From IMG/VR virus record IMGVR_UViG_3300006188_000005, positions 1 to 40,415 of that record: a stretch of 40,415 bases of DNA; one strand, given 5' to 3'. Positions 32,021 through 39,178 of the stretch are shown here, piece by piece. Both the position numbers and the translations under genes were made by a program. Origin of the DNA: a virus. Position 1 is the stretch's first letter, and every line of letters starts with the position of its first letter. The notes beneath the pieces are model-generated. The model made no database searches and was not told the origin of the DNA. It saw only the letters and a program-made list of their open reading frames with translations.

Positions 32021-32860
32021 ATGGATCAGTCCGCCATCGTCACCCTCAGCCGCCTCGCCGTCGAAGCCGAGGAGGCCAACCGCCTCGACACTGATACGCC
32101 CGCCGTCATCCTCACCAACCGCGACGGCACGCAGCACATCGAATCCATCGAGCACCTGCAGCCCGGCCGCAGCCGCTACCGCGGCAAGTACACCAGCAAC
32201 GCGCTCGCCGACTTCGCCGGCTACGTCACGCGCACCCACGAAAACGGCCTAGCGCAGGGCCAGCCGCAGGGTTTCATCGACCCCGCCAACATGGCATGCG
32301 CCGTGTTCTTCAACCTCGGCGACGGCGAGCATGCCGGCCATGCCGACCATACCGCCAGCCTCAAGCTCAAGCCCACCGCCGCCTACGCCGCGCTGCGCGC
32401 TGCGCTGGCCAAGGCCCACGACCAGCGCAGCCTGCACGACTTCATCGAAGACTGGCGCGACGCCATCGTACCCATGACCGCCGGCGAGCCCGACACCACG
32501 CGCCGCATCCCCAGCGTGCTCGCCGCCGTGCGCAGCATCACCATCGACGAAGCCCGCAGCAGCACGCACGACGACCGCGACTTCGGCGCCACCCGCAGCA
32601 CCATGGAAAGCGTGGACGCCAAGAGCGCGCACACGCTGCCCAGCGGCCTGGTGTTCCGCTGCGCGCCTTATGAGGGCCTGCCCGGCCGCGAGTTCCGCCT
32701 GCGTCTCGGCGTTTCCACAGGCGCCGACAAGCTGGTGCTGGTGCTGCGCATGCAGCAGGCCGAAGCCGTCGAAGAAGCCATCGCCGCCGACTTCCGCGCC
32801 GCGCTGGCCGACAAGCTCAGCACCGCCTGCAGCCTGGTGCTGGGCACCTTCACCCCCTGA
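32021..32860 (+). CDS. YfdQ-like (DUF2303) prophage protein
   Basis: 279 aa. The length and style (…RYRGKYTSNALADFAGYV…FFNLGDGEHAGHADHTA…FRLRLGV…) fit the DUF2303/YfdQ family as I remember it. Confidence 0.6.
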   Translation: MDQSAIVTLSRLAVEAEEANRLDTDTPAVILTNRDGTQHIESIEHLQPGRSRYRGKYTSNALADFAGYVTRTHENGLAQGQPQGFIDPANMACAVFFNLGDGEHAGHADHTASLKLKPTAAYAALRAALAKAHDQRSLHDFIEDWRDAIVPMTAGEPDTTRRIPSVLAAVRSITIDEARSSTHDDRDFGATRSTMESVDAKSAHTLPSGLVFRCAPYEGLPGREFRLRLGVSTGADKLVLVLRMQQAEAVEEAIAADFRAALADKLSTACSLVLGTFTP

Positions 32861-32921
32861 GAGCGTCGTGCCTCCCCGGCCGGGTGGGCAATCCCGGCAA
32901 CTTTCCCTCCGCGAGCCATCC

Positions 32922-33227
32922 ATGACCACCTTGCGCCCCATCGGCCACCTGGCCGGCAACCTCACCGTCACCGCCGTCACGCTTGGCGCGCGCGTGCGCA
33001 ACGGCCACGGCAATGCCGTGTATCTGTTGTGGCACACCGACGACGGTTGTCTCTGGTTTCTTCCGGCCGCGCACCCGTTGGCCACCAGCGTGGTTCGCAG
33101 CTCGCCCGCGCAGATCATCAACCGTTACCGCAACCGCGAGGGCTTCGGCTGGCGCCTGATCCTTGAGGATCTGCAGCAAACCAGCGCCGCCTACGCCAGC
33201 GCCGCCATGCGCGAGGCCGTGGCATGA
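32922..33227 (+). CDS. Hypothetical protein (101 aa)
   Basis: MTTLRPIGHLAGNLTVTAVTLGARVRNGHGNAVYLLWHTDDGCLWFLPAAHPL... Its stop overlaps the next ATG. Confidence 0.6.
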   Translation: MTTLRPIGHLAGNLTVTAVTLGARVRNGHGNAVYLLWHTDDGCLWFLPAAHPLATSVVRSSPAQIINRYRNREGFGWRLILEDLQQTSAAYASAAMREAVA

Positions 33228-33490
33228 ACATCCCGCGCAACACGCCTGAGCAACTCCACCGCCGTGCCCAGCTCGCCACGCTGGCGGCCGCGAGCGCGGT
33301 GAACGCCAAGTCGCACATCGAGAAAGCCGTGCTCAACGCAGAACACGGCCGGCTTGACCTCGCCGTGCTCAACGACCTGCGCGAGTGCATCCGCACCATC
33401 GATCGCGCCGTGCGCCACGCCGAACTCTGCCGCCAGCGCCTGCTGCGCAAGGCGGATCGCGCCACTCATAACCTGCCCAACGAGGATTGA
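33224..33490 (+). CDS. Hypothetical helical protein (88 aa)
   Basis: MNIPRNTPEQLHRRAQLATLAAASAVNAKSHIEKAVLNAEHGRLDLAVLNDL... ATGA coupling. Confidence 0.6.
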   Translation: MNIPRNTPEQLHRRAQLATLAAASAVNAKSHIEKAVLNAEHGRLDLAVLNDLRECIRTIDRAVRHAELCRQRLLRKADRATHNLPNED

Positions 33491-33492
33491 CC

Positions 33493-34023
33493 ATGCAACC
33501 CACCTTGAACATCCGCACCAAGACGCTGCACCTGCACCTGGCGCCCGGCAGCGAGTTGCCGCCCGCGGTGCTGGCCACGGCCGAGAGGATCGCGCCTGCA
33601 GTCGGCGCATCCGAACGGTTCAGCCTCACCATCAGGCACGGCGCCGAGCTCGTCACCGACCACAAGACTGGCCTGATGTGGCCCGTGTATGAAAGCGAGC
33701 AGTCGATGGACTACGACGCGCTGGAGAAGCATGTCACCGGGCTGCGCCTGGGCGGCTTCGCCGATTGGCGTACGCCCACCGTCGAAGAGCGCGAATCCAT
33801 CCGCGACCTGTCGCGCTACAACCCCGCGCTGTTCGAACCGCTCAAGTCCCGCAGCAACGGCTGGGAATGGACCTGCACGCCCTGCGCCTGGTCCAAGGAC
33901 GACGCGGGTGTGCCCGCTGCCTTCTGGCAGGTCTACGGCCTCTACGGCCACCTGGACGACGGCCACCGCGACGACAGGGCCTTCGCGCGGCCGTGTCGGT
34001 TCGTCGCGCGCGCCGGTCAGTGA
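33493..34023 (+). CDS. DGR target protein 1: DUF1566 / C-type-lectin-fold protein with C-terminal variable region
   Basis: 176 aa with HKTGLMWPV...GGFADWRTPTVEERESI...WEWTCTPCAW (DUF1566 hallmarks). The last 39 codons are VR1. GAGGA lies 6 nt before the ATG. No signal peptide is visible. Confidence 0.88.
   Translation: MQPTLNIRTKTLHLHLAPGSELPPAVLATAERIAPAVGASERFSLTIRHGAELVTDHKTGLMWPVYESEQSMDYDALEKHVTGLRLGGFADWRTPTVEERESIRDLSRYNPALFEPLKSRSNGWEWTCTPCAWSKDDAGVPAAFWQVYGLYGHLDDGHRDDRAFARPCRFVARAGQ
33901..34017 (+). repeat. DGR variable region VR1 (117 bp)
   Basis: It aligns gap-free with the TR (35048-35164). By manual alignment there are 12 differences, and every one is at a TR adenine (for example AAC to TAC/CTC/CAC/GAC). 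The flanking 33 bp and 39 bp are identical. Confidence 0.92.
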
Positions 34024-34064
34024 TCGGCCTTTTGTCACCCATCCCTTCCCACGGAGCGAATCCC

Positions 34065-34532
34065 ATGGACTTTGCCAAGCCCAACATCATCCGCATCAGC
34101 GATGCCGGCGACCACATGCCCATCGACCACGCCGGCAAGCATGCCGCGATCCTCTACCCCGACTTCGGCATCCAGTTTGCCGTGGGCGCCAAGGGGTTCG
34201 ACAAGGCAGCCAACTACGACAGCACCATCAAGCGCGCGGCCGACCTCACGCATGCCGGCGAATCCGGCTGGATCTTGGCGCCGGACCTGCGCCTGCAGCT
34301 GCTCACCATCGACTACTCGCGCCTCAATCCCGCCGCCGATCCGGCGCTATTCCCGGATGCGCTTTCGGCCTGGTACTGGACCTCGCACGGCTGCGCCTGG
34401 TCGATGGACGACGCGGGTGTGCCCGCTGCCTTCTGGCAGGTCCGCGGCCTCGACGGCAACCTGGACAGCGGCGACCGCAGCTACGAGGCCTTCGCGCGGC
34501 CGTGTCGGTTCGTCGCGCGCGCCGGTCAGTGA
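34065..34532 (+). CDS. DGR target protein 2: second DUF1566-like protein with C-terminal variable region
   Basis: 155 aa (MDFAKPNIIRISDAGDHMPIDHAGKHAAILYPDFG...GWILAPDLRLQLL...WYWTSHGCAW). The N-terminal part is different from target 1 but the C-terminal scaffold is the same. GGAG RBS upstream. No signal peptide. Confidence 0.88.
   Translation: MDFAKPNIIRISDAGDHMPIDHAGKHAAILYPDFGIQFAVGAKGFDKAANYDSTIKRAADLTHAGESGWILAPDLRLQLLTIDYSRLNPAADPALFPDALSAWYWTSHGCAWSMDDAGVPAAFWQVRGLDGNLDSGDRSYEAFARPCRFVARAGQ
34410..34526 (+). repeat. DGR variable region VR2 (117 bp)
   Basis: It aligns gap-free with the TR. There are 12 differences, all at TR adenines, and the substitutions differ from those in VR1 (for example codon 1 is CGC versus TAC). 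Confidence 0.92.
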
Positions 34533-34562
34533 TCGGCCCTTTGTCCCACTGAGCACCCCCTG

Positions 34563-34997
34563 ATGGCCTTCAACCTTCCACCCGTCGTCAAGCTCGCCGA
34601 GCGGCTCGCCTGCGACATCGAGGAAGCGGTGACGCGGTTCGCCCGCCGCCACCGCCACACCTTCGGTGCGCGGCTCCGCAATGCCGCGTTCGACGTTCTC
34701 CTCACGGCCGATGCCGCCGCGCGGCGCCCAGTGGAGCGCGCTCAGCTACTCACGCAGCTGCGCGATGCGGTGGACAGGTTGAAGGCCACCATGCAGGCGG
34801 GGCAGCGGCTTCGACAGTTCGCCAGCTTCGGCCAGTTCGAGGGCCTGATGGTCACGGCCCACGACCTCGGCAGACAGGTCGGTGCATGGCACCGGCAGTT
34901 TCACCCTCAAGGCCAGAATGCCGCGGCGCAAGCGCCCCGGCAGCGTGCCAAGACACTGAGTACCTACGCCGCCTCGATGCGTGAGGCCAATCCATGA
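34563..34997 (+). CDS. avd: DGR accessory variability determinant (Avd-like four-helix-bundle protein)
   Basis: 144 aa, basic and helical (…RFARRHRHTFGARLRNAAFDVLL…LRDAVDRLKATMQAGQRLRQF…). It is positioned between the target genes and TR/RT, as in canonical DGRs. Confidence 0.8.
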   Translation: MAFNLPPVVKLAERLACDIEEAVTRFARRHRHTFGARLRNAAFDVLLTADAAARRPVERAQLLTQLRDAVDRLKATMQAGQRLRQFASFGQFEGLMVTAHDLGRQVGAWHRQFHPQGQNAAAQAPRQRAKTLSTYAASMREANP

Positions 34998-36352
34998 CGA
35001 AGCCGCGCTACCCACAGGGATGTTCGGCCAGGTCGCAAGTGCGTGGGGACGCGGGTGTGCCCGCTGCCTTCTGGCAGGTCAACGGCAACAACGGCAACCT
35101 GAACAACGACAACCGCAACAACAAGGCCTTCGCGCGGCCGTGTCGGTTCGTCGCGCGCGCCGGTGAGTGTCAGGGTGAAAAGGTATCCGTGCGCGCGCTC
35201 TACGACGCCTGGCGCGCGGCACGGCGCAACAAGAAACCCAGTGAGAACCAGCTGGCGTTCGAACTGCACTGGATGGACCGCCTGCTGGAGACTCAGCAGC
35301 AATTGAACGCCGGCACGTGGCAGCCGAGACCCACCACATGCTTCGTCGCTCAGCGACCCAAGGCGCGCGAGATCCATGCGCCGGACTTCGCCGACCGCGT
35401 GGTGCACCACTGGCTGGTGCCCCAGCTCGACGCCATCTACGAGCCCACGTTCATCCACGACTCCTATTCCAACCGCCGCGGCAAGGGCACGCACAAGGCC
35501 GTGGCGCGGCTGCGCCAGTTCGTGCACCAGGTGCACAGCGGCCAGGGCAATGGCTGGTATCTGCAGCTCGACGTGGCGAACTTCTTTCCCAGCATCCACC
35601 GGCCAACGCTGTGGGCCATGCTCAAGCCGCGGCTCATCCGCGCCGGCCTGTCGCCCATCGCGCTGCGCACCACGCACACCCTGCTGCGCCAATCCGTGCA
35701 CGCGCAGGGCATCCTCTACCGCTGCACCCGCGAGGAACACGCCCGCGTGCCGCTCCACAAGCGGCTGGAGAACGCGCCCGCCGGCTGCGGCCTGCCCATC
35801 GGGAACCTCCCCAGCCAGTTCCTCGCCAACGTCTACCTCGACGTGCTCGACCAATTCGTCAAGCACGTGCTCAAGGCCAAGCGCTACCTGCGCTTCGTCG
35901 ATGACTTCGTGTTGGTGCACCACGACCGCGCCCAGCTGGAGCGCTGGCAACACCAGATCGAACAGTTCCTCGCCGACCGCCTGCGCCTCAAGCTGAAAGA
36001 CGACGTGCGCCTGCGGCCGCTGTCCGCCGGCATCGACTTCCTCGGCTACGTGGTGTTCCCCACCCATACCCGCGTGCGCAAGCGCGTGGTGCATCACGCC
36101 GAGGAACGCCTGCAGGCCTGGCATGCCGCCCACGCCGCGCGCGGCGGCTTCCGCGGCACGCCCGAGGATTTCCAGCAGCTTGACGCCACCTGGGCCAGCT
36201 ACCAGGGCCACTTTGCCCACGCCAACAGTTGGCGCCTGCAACAACGCTTCCTGCGCCGCCGCCCCTGGTTGGCGGCAATGACCCATTCGCGCCGCCGCTT
36301 CCATCACAGCCTCAGCGGCCGGCGCCTCACCGTGCGAGTAAACCATGTGTGA
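34994..36352 (+). CDS. DGR reverse transcriptase
   Basis: RT motifs are present: YLQLDVANFFPSI, GLPIGNLPSQFLANVYL (the DGR-typical I/LGxxxSQ), RYLRFVDDFVLV (YxDD-box variant) and IDFLGYVV. The frame is open from the ATG at 34994 (GAGG RBS, ATGA overlap with avd) and contains the TR. The conserved RT core begins after the TR, and an alternative GTG start is at 35189. Confidence 0.92.
   Translation: MTKPRYPQGCSARSQVRGDAGVPAAFWQVNGNNGNLNNDNRNNKAFARPCRFVARAGECQGEKVSVRALYDAWRAARRNKKPSENQLAFELHWMDRLLETQQQLNAGTWQPRPTTCFVAQRPKAREIHAPDFADRVVHHWLVPQLDAIYEPTFIHDSYSNRRGKGTHKAVARLRQFVHQVHSGQGNGWYLQLDVANFFPSIHRPTLWAMLKPRLIRAGLSPIALRTTHTLLRQSVHAQGILYRCTREEHARVPLHKRLENAPAGCGLPIGNLPSQFLANVYLDVLDQFVKHVLKAKRYLRFVDDFVLVHHDRAQLERWQHQIEQFLADRLRLKLKDDVRLRPLSAGIDFLGYVVFPTHTRVRKRVVHHAEERLQAWHAAHAARGGFRGTPEDFQQLDATWASYQGHFAHANSWRLQQRFLRRRPWLAAMTHSRRRFHHSLSGRRLTVRVNHV
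35048..35164 (+). repeat. DGR template repeat (TR), adenine-rich (nine AAC codons in the central 45 nt)
   Basis: GACGCGGGTGTGCCCGCTGCCTTCTGGCAGGTC-AACGGCAACAACGGCAACCTGAACAACGACAACCGCAACAACAAG-GCCTTCGCGCGGCCGTGTCGGTTCGTCGCGCGCGCCGGT. The flanks are identical to both VRs, and the centre has 21 adenines. Confidence 0.92.
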
Positions 36353-36650
36353 CCTCGAAACCACTCTTTCGCTTCTTGCCAGGCATGGCCGGCCACGGCT
36401 CAGCCAGATGGACGATGGCGGCTGGTATTGCTACGTCGACATGCACGTCGCCGCCAAGGGCGCTGCATTCAAGGTGGCCAGCGACTTCAACTGCCCGGGC
36501 GCGCTTTCTGCCGCTGATCAATGCCTCGATCGCATCCACGCGATGCTGAATAGCTTCGATGTCAACATGTCCGTGAATCACGACCGCGGCGTGATCGGCA
36601 TGCATGCCGCCAACCAAACCGGCATGGCGAAGGCTATTACCCATGGCTGA
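36345..36650 (+). CDS. Small protein (101 aa); its C-terminus is a diverged copy of the methyltransferase N-terminal segment
   Basis: MCDLETTLSLLARHGRPRLSQMDDGGWYCYVDMHVAAKG...SVNHDRGVIGMHAANQT. The last part parallels AVNHDHDALGMHAANHP of the next gene. It overlaps the RT stop and the MTase start. Confidence 0.55.
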   Translation: MCDLETTLSLLARHGRPRLSQMDDGGWYCYVDMHVAAKGAAFKVASDFNCPGALSAADQCLDRIHAMLNSFDVNMSVNHDRGVIGMHAANQTGMAKAITHG

Positions 36651-38565
36651 CGGCTCCCGCCAACACGGCTTCAACTTCGCCCACAAGCCGCTCGTCAGTG
36701 CCTTGCGCCCAGACGAAATCGTGGTGGATTTCTTCGCTGGTGGCGGCGGTGCCAGCGAGGCGCTACGCCAGGCACTTGGCCGCGACCCGGACGTGGCCGT
36801 GAACCACGACCACGACGCGCTCGGCATGCATGCCGCCAACCACCCCTTCACCCGGCACATGGAGGCCGACGTGTGGACGGTGGACATCTTGCGCGAGGTC
36901 GCAGGGCGACCGGTGGGCTGGTATCACGCCAGTCCGGACTGCACGCATTTCAGCCAGGCCAAGGGCGGCCAGCCGCGCGACCGCGCCACGCGCTCGCTCA
37001 GCTGGGTGGTGCCCAAGGTCGCCGGCACGCTCGCGCGCCGCGGGCTGGCCCCGCGCATCATCAGCCTGGAGAACGTCCGCCAGATTCTCGGCTGGTGCCC
37101 GTTGGTGGCGAAGCGCGACAAGGCCACCGGCCGCGTGGTCACGCTGGATATGGTGCCGCTGATCCACCCGGAAACCGGCCACGTGGTCAAGCGCGGCGGC
37201 AAGGTGTTGCTGATCAACCGCATCGCCGGCCCGGGCGAGCAGGTGCCGGTGCGCAACCAGTTCCTGGTGCCGGACAAGCGCCGCATGGGCGAGACGTGGC
37301 GCAAGTTCGTGGCCGTGCTGCGCGCGCTGGGCTACGTGGTGGAATGGCGCCTGCTGAAAGCCTGCGACTACGGCGCCGGCACCAGCCGCGAACGGCTGTT
37401 CCTGATTGCGCGCCGCGACGGCGAGCCCATCCGCTGGCCGGAGCCGACGCATGGCCCGGGCCTCGCGCAGCCCTACATCACCGCCGCCGACTGTATCGAC
37501 TGGAGCATCACCTGCCCGTCGATCTTCACCCGCAAAAAGCCGCTGGCCGACGCCACGCTGCGCCGGATCGCGAAGGGCGTGCAGCGCTACGTGATCGGCG
37601 CGGCCTCGCCGTTCATCGTGCAGTGCGCGAATGCTTCGGCGAACGGAGTGGCGAGCACTTCCGAGCCGCTGGGCACGGTGACGGGGTGGCCGAAGGGAGG
37701 CAGCCATGCGGTGGTGGCGCCGACGCTGGTGCAGACCGGGTACGGCGAACGCGCCGGCCAGTCGCCGCGCTCGCTGGATCTGCAGCAGCCACTCGGCACG
37801 GCCGTGGGCGGCGGCGTGAAGCACGCGCTGGCCGCCGCGCACCTGGTCAAGTTTCGCGGCGACAGCACCGGCGCCGCCGCCACCGACCCCATGCCTACCA
37901 TCACCAGCGGCGCAGGCGCGGCGCGTCCGGCTGGCGCGGCCCACGCCATGGGCATCCTCACCGCCTTCCTCGAACAAGCCCACGGCGGCGGCGAGCACGG
38001 CAACCCGGCCCGCGCGCGCGGCGCCGATGAGCCGGTGAGCACGATCAGCACCACCGGCAGCCAGCAGCGGATCGTGACGGCGCACCTTACGGCCTTCGGC
38101 CAGAACGCCAAGGGCACCGATCCACGCGAGCCGATGCAGACCGCACTGGGCGGCGCTGCGCGCTTCGGCGTCGTGGAATGCACCCTCAGCCCGGAGCACG
38201 AAGCCGGCGCGCTGCGTGTGGCTGCGCTGCTCGTCAACTACTACGGCAACGGACAGCCCCGCGACATGCGCGCGCCGCTCGATACCGTGACCACCCGCGA
38301 CCGCCTCGCGCTGGTTACCGTCACTCTGCATGGCACGCCCTATGTGATCGTCGACATCGGCCTGCGTATGCTCAAGCCGCGCGAGCTGTACCGCGCCCAG
38401 GGCTTCCCGGCCGACTACATCATCGACCGCACCGCCAGCGGCAAGCCACTCACCATCAGCGCCGCCGTGCGCATGGTCGGCAATAGCGTCAGCCCGCCGC
38501 CGCTCGCGGCCCTTGCCCGCGCCAACCTCGAACCGGCCCGCGAACCGGAACGGATCGCCGCATGA
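36643..38565 (+). CDS. Orphan DNA (cytosine-5) methyltransferase (640 aa)
   Basis: Motif I is VDFFAGGGGAS. The motif IV region is ASPDCTHFSQAKG. ENV is in ISLENV. Motif VIII region is GAGTSRERLFLIARR. Motifs IX-X are RMLKPRELYRAQGFPADY...MVGNSVSPP. A long G/A-rich segment separates the two halves. No restriction endonuclease gene is nearby. Confidence 0.88.
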   Translation: MADGSRQHGFNFAHKPLVSALRPDEIVVDFFAGGGGASEALRQALGRDPDVAVNHDHDALGMHAANHPFTRHMEADVWTVDILREVAGRPVGWYHASPDCTHFSQAKGGQPRDRATRSLSWVVPKVAGTLARRGLAPRIISLENVRQILGWCPLVAKRDKATGRVVTLDMVPLIHPETGHVVKRGGKVLLINRIAGPGEQVPVRNQFLVPDKRRMGETWRKFVAVLRALGYVVEWRLLKACDYGAGTSRERLFLIARRDGEPIRWPEPTHGPGLAQPYITAADCIDWSITCPSIFTRKKPLADATLRRIAKGVQRYVIGAASPFIVQCANASANGVASTSEPLGTVTGWPKGGSHAVVAPTLVQTGYGERAGQSPRSLDLQQPLGTAVGGGVKHALAAAHLVKFRGDSTGAAATDPMPTITSGAGAARPAGAAHAMGILTAFLEQAHGGGEHGNPARARGADEPVSTISTTGSQQRIVTAHLTAFGQNAKGTDPREPMQTALGGAARFGVVECTLSPEHEAGALRVAALLVNYYGNGQPRDMRAPLDTVTTRDRLALVTVTLHGTPYVIVDIGLRMLKPRELYRAQGFPADYIIDRTASGKPLTISAAVRMVGNSVSPPPLAALARANLEPAREPERIAA

Positions 38566-38888
38566 ACCGCCCCGCCATCGACACCACCGAAACCCTGGAC
38601 GTGAAAGGCGCCGCCGCCCTCATGCGCTGCGGTGTGGAAGCCGTGGAGCAGATCATCGACACCGGCGCGCTGCCCGCCCTGCAGATCAACCAGAAACGCA
38701 CCGTGCTGCTGCGCGTCGACGTGCTCGCCTACATCGCCCAGCACGCCCGCGAGCAGGCCGAGCAGCGCCGCAAGCAACAAGGCGCCAAGGGCCGCAGCAC
38801 CGCCGCCCCTATCAAGAGTCGACAGGCGAGGCCGCGTCAGGTGCTGCCGGACCTGAGCCGCTACGAATCCAGGTGCGACAGGCCGTGA
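38562..38888 (+). CDS. xis: Excisionase / HTH_17-type DNA-binding protein
   Basis: ETLDVKGAAALMRCGVEAVEQIIDTGALPALQINQKRTVLLRVDVLAYI is the typical excisionase-family winged HTH. It lies next to int and has ATGA coupling to the MTase. Confidence 0.75.
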   Translation: MNRPAIDTTETLDVKGAAALMRCGVEAVEQIIDTGALPALQINQKRTVLLRVDVLAYIAQHAREQAEQRRKQQGAKGRSTAAPIKSRQARPRQVLPDLSRYESRCDRP

Positions 38889-39178
38889 AGGCAAGCCGAG
38901 AACTGCAAAACCTTCGCCGCCGCGTCGATCGCGCGCGCGACTTCCCCATGAATACCTGCCCAGCCAGCCGCCATGTGCATCTTATGGCGCTGGCCTTGGC
39001 CGAGGGCGAGGATTACCCGATGCTGCGGGAAGAACCGCAACACTGCGCTGCATCGTTGCTCAGCGTGCTGGAATCGCTGTGGAAGGCTCGCACTGCCCTT
39101 ACCACATCCCCTCGGCTAGGTTCGTCCCGCGGAGGTTCGCATAGCGCCTCAGCGAAGCCAGATTCTTGTGCCCGGTGA
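38885..39178 (+). CDS. Possible small ORF (97 aa, GTG start) convergent with and overlapping the int 3-prime end
   Basis: GTGA overlap with the xis stop. (V)KASRELQNLRRRVDRARDFPMNTCPASRHVHLMALALAEGEDYPMLREEP... looks protein-like up to about 39100 and then runs antisense to int. Support is weak. Confidence 0.3.
   Translation: MKASRELQNLRRRVDRARDFPMNTCPASRHVHLMALALAEGEDYPMLREEPQHCAASLLSVLESLWKARTALTTSPRLGSSRGGSHSASAKPDSCAR

Noticed and set aside
34994-36352. The reverse transcriptase could belong to a retron, a group II intron or an Abi-type RT defence system.
   Set aside because: It has an adjacent Avd-like gene, a TR with two cognate VRs differing only at adenines, and the IGxxxSQ motif. 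All of these identify it as a DGR RT. I saw no msr/msd-like inverted repeats, no intron RNA domains or maturase/endonuclease domains, and no fused effector.
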